This document shows, piece by piece, positions 55,998 to 64,000 of a stretch of 64,000 bases of DNA (position 1 is its first letter; every line of letters begins with the position of its first letter). Source of the stretch: a virus (lineage: Duplodnaviria; Caudoviricetes); the IMG/VR virus record IMGVR_UViG_3300031994_000065, positions 1-64,000 of that record; one strand, given 5' to 3'. A model generated the notes under the pieces. The model did no database searches, was not told the DNA's origin, and saw only the letters and a program-made list of their open reading frames with translations. The position numbers and the translations under genes were made by a program.

Positions 55998-56750
55998 CTA
56001 TATCCAGAATATGTTTGGTTGGTCGAGATGATAAAGGTCTTCCCATTCCTTAATCATATCATTAAGTTCATCTTCAGCACCAGACCAGTCATCGATTTTC
56101 AAATCAACTTCACCATATGCAGTTCTGAATCCGGAATAATGAATCATGTTATTATACATAAATGATTTCGCAAATAACAGAGCGAGTTTATAGAATGAAC
56201 CTCTCTGGCTCATTGGAATAGTGTGCAATTCGGGATGATGTTCGTATTTGACTTCTACTTCTATCTTGGAAGTATAAGTGTGATTGTTGTATAAACGAAC
56301 TTTATCCGGTTTGATATATTGAAAAGTCATTGGTGGGATCAATATAGAAGCCAAATCAGCAAGACTTTGTGCTTGAGCTAAATCTTGATATGATTCAACA
56401 GCTTCGAACGAACTACTCATCGATAGATTACTGAGACGATTATGAGGTCTGACAGAAGCCACACCTAATATTCTCTGAGCTTTAACCGGTGGAATTCTCA
56501 ACAGCGTGTTTATTGTCACACTGTCACCATCTATGTTAACCGGGTCTTCTCTATCTGCTACTGCGTCCGTATAAATGTCCATAATGATCTTTTCAATATA
56601 AGGCATTAACGCGGAAAATTCTGGTAGAGCTCTATCAAGTATAATGTGTTGATAAAACTCTTCATCATCGAATGGAAGTGGACGCGACGCAATTCCTAAA
56701 TCTCCTTTGAGTAATCTCAACAGATGGTTTTTATCTCGCCATGTTGCCAT
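55998..56750 (-). CDS. Neck / head-tail adaptor protein (T4 gp13-like)
   Basis: 250 aa; LKGDLG...ALPEFS...FYKLALL...K pattern; co-transcribed with the protease. Confidence 0.5.
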   Translation of the reverse strand: MATWRDKNHLLRLLKGDLGIASRPLPFDDEEFYQHIILDRALPEFSALMPYIEKIIMDIYTDAVADREDPVNIDGDSVTINTLLRIPPVKAQRILGVASVRPHNRLSNLSMSSSFEAVESYQDLAQAQSLADLASILIPPMTFQYIKPDKVRLYNNHTYTSKIEVEVKYEHHPELHTIPMSQRGSFYKLALLFAKSFMYNNMIHYSGFRTAYGEVDLKIDDWSGAEDELNDMIKEWEDLYHLDQPNIFWI

Positions 56751-56753
56751 GAT

Positions 56754-57638
56754 TTACCACCTCTTTCTTGGTTTAGAAAGATTAGAGAAGAAATCAGAAA
56801 CTTGGTTATACACGTAATCTTCCATCAGTATATTGAATCGGTCACCGGTTTCGGTGTCTTTAATCATTACCGAGCGACCATCTGGTGCAACGTTTATAGT
56901 CTCATAGCATACGTCAAATATATTCACGATGTCCTTAAATCTTTTGGATTCTTCACCCATGAACTTTCCGGCGGATTCCATTACCAAATTTTGCGCTTCT
57001 TTTTCTGAAAGCTTGTAAGTCCAATCTTCTTGAACTACATTGATTGGAGATGGTTGCTTAAGTTTGATAGGTGCAGTCGAATCTTGGTAAGCTTCAGGAT
57101 GGCTAGGTAAACATACTCTATCGTAACACACAATATGAGGTTGAGTTTTTACAATCCCTCTTCCTCCATCAACTCTGGTAATAGAAGCTAATGCTCTGAG
57201 AGAGAATGAAACTTCCATGCCTTGAAGAATATGACCTGTCATCTGTTGACCCCATTGTTTGTCGTTTAATGTAGTTACCTGACCATACAACGTGTTCCCT
57301 TTGATATTGTAAGAGTCAACCTTATGGCAAACTTTTGTCAAATCAATATTGAGAACTTTCATAGGGTCATTAGTTTGGGGGTGACCATTTTCACCAACCC
57401 AAGCTTTTTTTGCTCTAAGTTCGACAAGATGAGGAGCTTCCAACGCGGGTATCATCGCTTCACGAAGATATTGTCTTTTGTTACGATTCCAAGTATTGAA
57501 AGTTTGCAATACTGTATCTATCGTAACATAGAACATATTCGCTCTGTCGACTACCTGCTTTATATTCGGTTTTGTCCAAGGACCTTCAGATTCCATGATC
57601 ACATACGCTTCAACAGGATTCAATTTACCTGAAATCAT
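56754..57638 (-). CDS. Prohead core protease (T4 gp21-like)
   Basis: NRNKRQY, GENGHP, VCHKV, VSFSLRALAS (catalytic Ser region), YDRVCLPSHPEAY. Confidence 0.9.
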   Translation of the reverse strand: MISGKLNPVEAYVIMESEGPWTKPNIKQVVDRANMFYVTIDTVLQTFNTWNRNKRQYLREAMIPALEAPHLVELRAKKAWVGENGHPQTNDPMKVLNIDLTKVCHKVDSYNIKGNTLYGQVTTLNDKQWGQQMTGHILQGMEVSFSLRALASITRVDGGRGIVKTQPHIVCYDRVCLPSHPEAYQDSTAPIKLKQPSPINVVQEDWTYKLSEKEAQNLVMESAGKFMGEESKRFKDIVNIFDVCYETINVAPDGRSVMIKDTETGDRFNILMEDYVYNQVSDFFSNLSKPRKRW

Positions 57639-57670
57639 TGTTATCCACGTCCTTTCCTGACTGGTTATCT

Positions 57671-57718
57671 TATTCCTTTGTTTGAAAGGGCGAAAATCAC
57701 CGAAAAAACAAGGCTATA
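57671..57718. promoter_or_regulatory. Divergent pair of late promoters
   Basis: Minus AACA-aaggaa-TA (57671-57682) and plus AACA-aggcta-TA (57707-57718). Confidence 0.7.
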
Positions 57719-57759
57719 AATAAACCAAGATTTTACCATAGAAAGCGAGGTTCTCTGTT

Positions 57760-59361
57760 ATGACAGAAAAAGAGTTCAGAGCTCTGAAGGAAGACCTCAA
57801 AGGTAGCGTCGGTAAGGTCAAACATCACGTCAAACGAGTAACGGATTCTATAAGTCAAAAGCTGAAAGATGGACGAGCTAAAATTAATGCCAAATATGAA
57901 AAGGGCGTTGTGTCCACTCAGAAGAATCCGATTGTTGATAAAATGGCAGACCTTACTGCTGGATTAACCGAAAAAGATGAAGAAGAGCTCTTGAAAAACG
58001 AGGACGATACATTCAGGAAAATCCGTAAGGTAATCGTGAATGGTTCCGTTATATTAACTCCGTTTATCATCGGCATTCCCATTAAGATGATTGATACTGC
58101 GGTTCAAAACAATGTCGATATGAAGAATGCTGAAAAGTATGATAAAATCTATGAGAGAGAAATTCTTTGGACTGAAGACGAGATCAAGAAACGTAAGAAG
58201 GAAGGTAAAGATACCGAAGACTTACAGAAATATCTTGCCAATTTGAAAAAGTCCAGAGCTAAAACTCAAGCTCATATTCAGAAACTCAAAGAATCTGAGG
58301 CGGAGACTTCCAAGAAGGATAAAGCTGCTAAAGAATCTATGCGATTTATCACTGAGGGAAATAATCTTAATCCATTCGTAAGATTTACCCTCATGCAAAG
58401 AGAAGATTTCCGTTCCGATGACGATTTCGATAACGCACTGATCAGCACATTTGAACAACTTCTTTACGGAGCTACTCAAAGTGTTGATTATTACGAGAAA
58501 TTTGGATTTGATAAAGAAACTCCAGTCACAGAATCGTCAGATACCGAACCTGTAGTTGATACAGGTAAACGTAAGTCCGCTTATATCATCACTAACGGTA
58601 TCATGATGGAATCACTTTCTAAAGACAAAGAACTGATGAAAGCTTTCGAAGACCATTCTGGTTATGGTTATCAGATTAGTTTCAATAACGGTTCTTCGGA
58701 CAAATACCAATTATACGGGTTTGATTATGAGAAACTCAATTCGTCTAATACTTCAGGAATCGATTCCAAAGTGAAATCTCTTGTTGAATATATTAATGGG
58801 AAAATTGCTTATACCGATTGCAAACTGGTCATCGGCGGAAAAGATTCTTATCCTGTAATAACACTCGAGGGAATAACTCAAACCGCACAAGATGTGGTTC
58901 GAAAAGCTGTTCATACAGCTCGTAATGTTCTTCCTGAAGAAAGCCCGGTTAAAAATGCTGAACGCGCATCTGAACCTCTTGATGATGCTGTAAATAAGAT
59001 CATCAACGGCGCAAGAGATGCTCTCAGTCATGATAAGCGTGAAGAAATCATCCAAGGCAAGTACAGATTTAAACTTGTTCGTATTATTGCGAAATGTATT
59101 GCGTATGGTGGATTGGCTGTATTAATTCACCCTGCAGCTGCAGCTATCGCGTTCTTAGGAAAAATGGCGTACGATAGACACATCGACCGTAATGAACGTA
59201 GTGCAATAGTACACGATTTGGAATCTGAACTCGAAATTTGTAAAGAGAAAATCAAAGATGCTGAAGCTAAAGGTGATAACGAAAACAAATATAAACTCAT
59301 GCGTATTCGTAAATCTCTTGAGACTGAGGTCGGAAGAATCAAACTTCACCTTGATAAGTAG
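57760..59361 (+). CDS. Putative head/prohead protein
   Basis: 533 aa with KES, TEG, TES, MES and LEG motifs; late promoter; upstream of the capsid gene. Confidence 0.55.
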   Translation: MTEKEFRALKEDLKGSVGKVKHHVKRVTDSISQKLKDGRAKINAKYEKGVVSTQKNPIVDKMADLTAGLTEKDEEELLKNEDDTFRKIRKVIVNGSVILTPFIIGIPIKMIDTAVQNNVDMKNAEKYDKIYEREILWTEDEIKKRKKEGKDTEDLQKYLANLKKSRAKTQAHIQKLKESEAETSKKDKAAKESMRFITEGNNLNPFVRFTLMQREDFRSDDDFDNALISTFEQLLYGATQSVDYYEKFGFDKETPVTESSDTEPVVDTGKRKSAYIITNGIMMESLSKDKELMKAFEDHSGYGYQISFNNGSSDKYQLYGFDYEKLNSSNTSGIDSKVKSLVEYINGKIAYTDCKLVIGGKDSYPVITLEGITQTAQDVVRKAVHTARNVLPEESPVKNAERASEPLDDAVNKIINGARDALSHDKREEIIQGKYRFKLVRIIAKCIAYGGLAVLIHPAAAAIAFLGKMAYDRHIDRNERSAIVHDLESELEICKEKIKDAEAKGDNENKYKLMRIRKSLETEVGRIKLHLDK

Positions 59362-59372
59362 AGGTGACAGAT

Positions 59373-60374
59373 ATGAGTTTTAGAGCATTTTTCAACAGTA
59401 TTCTTATGGAAGCTAAGGATGATAAACCCACTGACTATTCCAAAGAAGAACCCAAAGATGATGACAAAGAAGAAGACAAGGATACTGATAAAGACGACGA
59501 TAAAAAGCCTGACGCTGGAGCGGATACAAAAACTAATGATAACAAAGATGATGATTCCACAGATTATACTGTGGAAGACGAGACGATCGGTGATGATAAT
59601 GAGGAAACCACAGATTACACCGCCGATGTTCCAGATGATGAAGATACTGGCGAAGACAAACCTGATGCCGGAACGGATACTGGTGGTACAGATGATAAAC
59701 CTACAGATTATTCTGATAATGGCGATGACGACCCGACTAATGATACTGCTGACGCTGGCGATGAAGACTCTGGAGAAAATGCTGATGACTCTGGTGGTGG
59801 AAATGAAGAAACCACAGATTATTCGGCTGGCACAGATGACGCAATGGGTGATGATGCCGATAGTGAAGGTGAAGACTCAGGAGACGATGATAAAGAAGGC
59901 AGTGATTCTGAAGAAGGAAGCTCTGATGATTCATCTAAAGAAGACAAACTTCGTAAATTCTATCTTCTAAAAGATTTCCGTGAGTTACAAGCGTTCATCA
60001 AAGATGCAGCGGATAAGATCACCGAGAAGAAACGTAATTCTTTTGAAGAAAAACAAATCGATATGCAAGTGGTCAATAACTTTAGCAAACTCGAAGATGT
60101 CGTTGGTGATTATATGGTTTTCAAGTTTGATGAAGATGATTACACCACTGCTCTATATAACTACAGAAGATTTGTCATCGCAATTGATATAAATCTGGAA
60201 TTACTTCAGAAGGTCAATGAAATCAATCAAAGGAATCGTGACAGTAAATCTTCTAATACCACAAATGAAAACAATACTGATTCCACGAAGAAACAATCTA
60301 AGCCTTCTAAATCTAAGGCTAAAACGAAGAAAACTTCAGAGAAAGACTCTGACGACGGTGAAGAACCGTCATAA
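59373..60374 (+). CDS. Very acidic scaffold/prohead-core-like protein with five TDY[ST] repeats
   Basis: KPTDYS, DSTDYT, ETTDYT, KPTDYS, ETTDYS in a D/E-rich region; immediately upstream of the MCP. Confidence 0.55.
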   Translation: MSFRAFFNSILMEAKDDKPTDYSKEEPKDDDKEEDKDTDKDDDKKPDAGADTKTNDNKDDDSTDYTVEDETIGDDNEETTDYTADVPDDEDTGEDKPDAGTDTGGTDDKPTDYSDNGDDDPTNDTADAGDEDSGENADDSGGGNEETTDYSAGTDDAMGDDADSEGEDSGDDDKEGSDSEEGSSDDSSKEDKLRKFYLLKDFRELQAFIKDAADKITEKKRNSFEEKQIDMQVVNNFSKLEDVVGDYMVFKFDEDDYTTALYNYRRFVIAIDINLELLQKVNEINQRNRDSKSSNTTNENNTDSTKKQSKPSKSKAKTKKTSEKDSDDGEEPS

Positions 60375-60376
60375 GC

Positions 60377-60388
60377 AACAAGTAGTTA
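60377..60388 (+). promoter_or_regulatory. Late promoter RACA-N6-TA
   Basis: AACA-agtagt-TA upstream of the MCP. Confidence 0.72.
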
Positions 60389-60416
60389 AAATTCACAGAG
60401 AAAGGATGTGCTTATA

Positions 60417-62261
60417 ATGTTCGAACAAAACGACATTATAGCGAGACAGGGTGCTGTAGGTCTGTTTCAACCTAATGTGGATACATCGTTCACTGATGGT
60501 TTAAAAGCGGCTATGGAAGCTGCTAGGGACACCACTCATTATAGCCCGATTCAGGATTTTAAGAACATTCTTCAGGACGATCAAGCTTTTGAAAGTTATC
60601 GTGATATTATGTTTAGCGATGTGCTTGGAGATCAGCCGATGGCAGAATCTTCCACGTATTCCTACCTTTCTGCTAATACGGAGAATAATCTTGATTTGGG
60701 ATATATGGCTCTTCACAACGAGAAGTTGGATCAGCTCATTGAAAATACCAGACAAGCGCTTTACGAAGCAAGTACTGTCGGTCAGTTGGAACCTATCGTT
60801 GCTCTCACTCTTCCGCTTATGAAAAAGGCGTACATTAAGAGTGCGTACAAAGATGCTATTCCTACATTGACTGCGGATAAGATGCTTATCAATATCGGTT
60901 ATGAAAGAGACTTCTTGAAAGACCGTGAAGGTAAGAAATATTATCTGCCTGATATTTTCTATCCTGAGAATGAAGATACATATAAAGAGGTTCTGAAAGG
61001 AACTGTCGGTAAGCCTATTTCAGATAAATTCTATCCTGAAGCTGACGGCGCCGCGTTGCCTTTTGCTGAACTGAATCTTCTTACAGAATCTGGTGGTAGT
61101 CTTGCAACTCGTGACGTTCTTGGTTACGATCTTATGATTGACCAAGTTGTCATGACCGTTCCTGTCGCCAAAACTGCAGACGACGCTATCGACGGCAAAA
61201 CTTTTGATGTGTCTGGATTCAAAGATCTGACCATTAAAGGTTTGAAGATTAAACCGCATTATCAAACTGCAACATTTACTGGCGAAGTTCGTCAGAATTC
61301 TTTGATTAAAAAGAACGACACTGCAACCGTTGATACTATTACCGGAACGATTGAGTTCTATTCTGGTAAAGTTTCGATTGCATGTACTGCCGGCTTGATA
61401 AAGAAAGTTCATTTCACCGGTCATTTGTCAAGTGCTAACAACGATGTCGGAACTGAGCTTGACCGCGAACGTAGAAATGAGCAGATTCCGATTCCTGAAC
61501 AGGAAAGATTGAATACTGGTCTCACTGTCGAAAAGATTCGCGACGAAAAGATGCTCAGTAATATCGACGTTACGGTTGAAACTGTCAGCAAACTGTCCGA
61601 CACCTGCTATCAATTCAAAGATACTAATACGAAGCTGTTCCTCGAAGATAGCTTCCAGACTGCCGTTGAAGACGTTAACGGCAGCCGCAATCCCATGGGT
61701 TACACGATTCAGTTGGCGGATTCTATTAAGTTTGAACTCCAAAAACCTGACCGTTACCTCTTGCCGCAATCCGAATGGCGTACGACTCAGCTTCGTTACT
61801 ACCTCGAGAAATATATTATCCAATTCGTGCAGAAACTTAAGAATAGTAATATCATGGTTGTTATGGTTGCAAACCCGACAATGATTAGCTATCTGCAGGA
61901 TATTCAATGGGTAGTCGATGAACGTACGAAAGTCGGTGGCGTCAAACTCGATTATAAATTTGGTGTTACGACAATCGCGGGCACTCGCGTTCATGTCATC
62001 GCCACGATGAAAGAAACCTTTGCGAAAGGATTCCGTCTGATTGGTTATCCGCTCACTCAGGAATTCATCACGTATCGTAAATACGATTACAGTTTCTTCA
62101 TCGAAAACAACTATCGCAATATGAACACTCCTCTCATTCCGAACGTCATGGTTGCTCAGCGTTATCTCAACTATGAGTATTTGCCGTTGCAATCTGAAAT
62201 GTACTTCGACGAAGTTCGTAATGACGCTCAAATTCGTATGCAAGGTTATGCTATATGCTGA
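60417..62261 (+). CDS. Major capsid protein precursor (phiKZ/AR9-type)
   Basis: ~614 aa; N-terminal propeptide ending near LYEA followed by GQLEPIVALTLPLMKK; EQERLNTGLTVEKIRD; next to protease and scaffold; own late promoter. Confidence 0.72.
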   Translation: MFEQNDIIARQGAVGLFQPNVDTSFTDGLKAAMEAARDTTHYSPIQDFKNILQDDQAFESYRDIMFSDVLGDQPMAESSTYSYLSANTENNLDLGYMALHNEKLDQLIENTRQALYEASTVGQLEPIVALTLPLMKKAYIKSAYKDAIPTLTADKMLINIGYERDFLKDREGKKYYLPDIFYPENEDTYKEVLKGTVGKPISDKFYPEADGAALPFAELNLLTESGGSLATRDVLGYDLMIDQVVMTVPVAKTADDAIDGKTFDVSGFKDLTIKGLKIKPHYQTATFTGEVRQNSLIKKNDTATVDTITGTIEFYSGKVSIACTAGLIKKVHFTGHLSSANNDVGTELDRERRNEQIPIPEQERLNTGLTVEKIRDEKMLSNIDVTVETVSKLSDTCYQFKDTNTKLFLEDSFQTAVEDVNGSRNPMGYTIQLADSIKFELQKPDRYLLPQSEWRTTQLRYYLEKYIIQFVQKLKNSNIMVVMVANPTMISYLQDIQWVVDERTKVGGVKLDYKFGVTTIAGTRVHVIATMKETFAKGFRLIGYPLTQEFITYRKYDYSFFIENNYRNMNTPLIPNVMVAQRYLNYEYLPLQSEMYFDEVRNDAQIRMQGYAIC

Positions 62262-62311
62262 TATTAGTGCCTTAATCTCTACGGGGACAGGTGCGTGAAA
62301 AAGAGCTCTAC

Positions 62312-62343
62312 GGGACAAAGGGTTAAAATAAACCCTTTGTCCC
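62312..62343 (+). promoter_or_regulatory. 13-bp hairpin containing a late promoter (GACA-aagggt-TA, 62314-62325)
   Basis: gggacaaagggtt / aaccctttgtccc. Confidence 0.6.
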
Positions 62344-62385
62344 TAATAGCGTCTTTATTTGGGTAAAGAGAAAGGAATGATAAAA

Positions 62386-63834
62386 ATGAACGATAGATCG
62401 ACGTTACTCCAAGGCTCTTGTCTTTATAACTTAGACACGAATGCCTATCCTATAATCATCGACCATCCTGATTATCGTTATCTGTGCAGGTTGATTCAAG
62501 ACATCCAACTTAATGTCGGTTCTGATTCTGCAGACCAGAAACCTAAACCGATGTATTATATTGGACAACTTACCGAAGATCTGAACAGTATGCGAACTGT
62601 GCTTCGACGGATGTTCGGAGTAAGCTTTGACATCACCATTGTGGATAATTGTGGCTCAAGTGAATTTTTCGGATGCAATGTTTATCCGAGCGAAAGAAGT
62701 TGCAATATCATCGCTGATAGAATACTTGAAAAAGAAGTTGCTACCACTAAGATTCTTAAAGAGGTTTGGCTTAATACCACAGAATGGCAACTTGACTTAG
62801 ACAGCAGAATCTTCTACGACAATCATATTGGATTCAACGCTGCGGAGATAACCACTTTGATTTTTTTCAATATCGAGAATGTCGTCTTTAATCTTCGTAT
62901 AGCTGAAAGAACCAACTATATCCTCAGCTCATTGCTTGATACTAAATCTCTGCTGGCTACGAAATTGGTTAGAGCTTCTATATGCAAGAAAGTTTTCATT
63001 ATTCCGTTAATCATAGCATGTAGATTCAAGAGTTATCCGTACCACAATCGCAATTTCTTAGAAGGTTCTTGTCTCACTAGAAATACCAGTGGACATCTTA
63101 TGACGATTTATAATAACATGGTTCGGAAGATGATAGTTGCTGTTGGTAATAGCCAAGTCGATGTTCCGATTAAACGGATGGATGAGGATATTACTCAGGC
63201 GGTAAATTGGTTCTTTGCATGTGTGGAAGAAATGAAATTTTCTACAAGAATGCTTAGTGAAGCAATGGACAAACTTTTGCGAATTGAAATCAGTCCGTAT
63301 GTCAAAAATATCATTTCCGGTATTATGATGAATATTGGAGACTATAATCGCAAACAAATCATTACGAAAGAAAGTGCGGTTCCACATGTTCAGGAGATGT
63401 TTGCGAAGAATAACAAAGCAATCGAATTTCGAATGAAGCAATATAAGGCTGCCGCTAATAAGAAAATTACTGCACAAGTCGACCAAGCTATCAAAGAAGG
63501 TTTATTTGATTTAATTGATAACATTGGAAATATGAAACGAATCAGTCAGAGGGAGATTGATATGATTCGTGTGCAGGGTCAAAAGGTTCAGAACGCGGAT
63601 GACAAAATGTTTGTACTTGATAATCTTCACTCTAAACTCGAAGTTGTTGATGCTTCTCTCTCCATATTGGAAAGTGGCGATAAAGAGAAGATGAAAAAGG
63701 TCAAAATGAGCAAAGCACAGTTACTTGACCAAAAGAAACAACTTGATGCAATACGTGAAGAAATCATCAAACGCCAAGTAGACGACTCGAAAGTTTCATT
63801 AATTATTGGTTATCCAAAAGGATACGAAGGTTAA
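62386..63834 (+). CDS. Putative virion structural protein
   Basis: ~482 aa, RBS aaagga, late promoter; C-terminal coiled coil. Confidence 0.55.
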   Translation: MNDRSTLLQGSCLYNLDTNAYPIIIDHPDYRYLCRLIQDIQLNVGSDSADQKPKPMYYIGQLTEDLNSMRTVLRRMFGVSFDITIVDNCGSSEFFGCNVYPSERSCNIIADRILEKEVATTKILKEVWLNTTEWQLDLDSRIFYDNHIGFNAAEITTLIFFNIENVVFNLRIAERTNYILSSLLDTKSLLATKLVRASICKKVFIIPLIIACRFKSYPYHNRNFLEGSCLTRNTSGHLMTIYNNMVRKMIVAVGNSQVDVPIKRMDEDITQAVNWFFACVEEMKFSTRMLSEAMDKLLRIEISPYVKNIISGIMMNIGDYNRKQIITKESAVPHVQEMFAKNNKAIEFRMKQYKAAANKKITAQVDQAIKEGLFDLIDNIGNMKRISQREIDMIRVQGQKVQNADDKMFVLDNLHSKLEVVDASLSILESGDKEKMKKVKMSKAQLLDQKKQLDAIREEIIKRQVDDSKVSLIIGYPKGYEG

Positions 63835-64000
63835 TGAATACTGAAGAACATGGGCGAAAATTTTACACTAACATTCTCACTAATGGGGATGTGTATAGAG
63901 GGATTGTAACGGTCAATTGTCATAAGTATAAACAGTACGTAGAGAAATCGACACGTATGTTGTATATTATAGACTCATTCACCGACAATCTCTCGTTTCT

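Noticed and set aside
60417-62261. Mosaic GC shift within the capsid gene
   Set aside because: Spot counts in the two halves overlapped (about 33-48% GC); no clear breakpoint.
1-64000. Stop-codon reassignment or self-splicing introns
   Set aside because: Genes tile densely in code 11 with all three stops used; the RNAP, nrdD and primase ORFs are uninterrupted.

Overview
64-kb slice of a lytic jumbo myophage of the AR9/PBS1 (phiKZ-related) type, read in standard code 11, with strong AGGAGG RBSs. The host is probably an anaerobic Firmicute (class III RNR; amidase and NrdD resemble Negativicutes proteins, an inference). Family calls come from motif recognition, not database searches. Contents: baseplate, tube-initiator, neck and head genes, a tandem family of head paralogs, prohead protease, major capsid protein, a phage RNA polymerase beta'-like subunit with the DxDGD motif, an AR9 gp226-like sigma subunit, a GroEL-like chaperonin, primase, RNase H/flap nuclease, a RusA-like resolvase, NrdD lacking its glycyl-radical tail, two peptidoglycan hydrolases and a Tad2/DUF2829-like protein. 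Two promoter classes are readable: early TATATATTAT (10 exact copies, six with a NNGACA hexamer 17 nt upstream) and late RACA-N6-TA (17 intergenic or gene-proximal copies). Best novelty candidates: (1) five early cassettes in which conserved promoters, structured 5' leaders and conserved 3' RNA structures flank unrelated cargo genes; (2) a ~180-nt multi-branched non-coding RNA with its own late promoter at 34150-34328; (3) a gp226-like subunit with Ala at the position that excludes thymine in AR9. No tRNA, CRISPR array, integrase or reverse transcriptase was seen.
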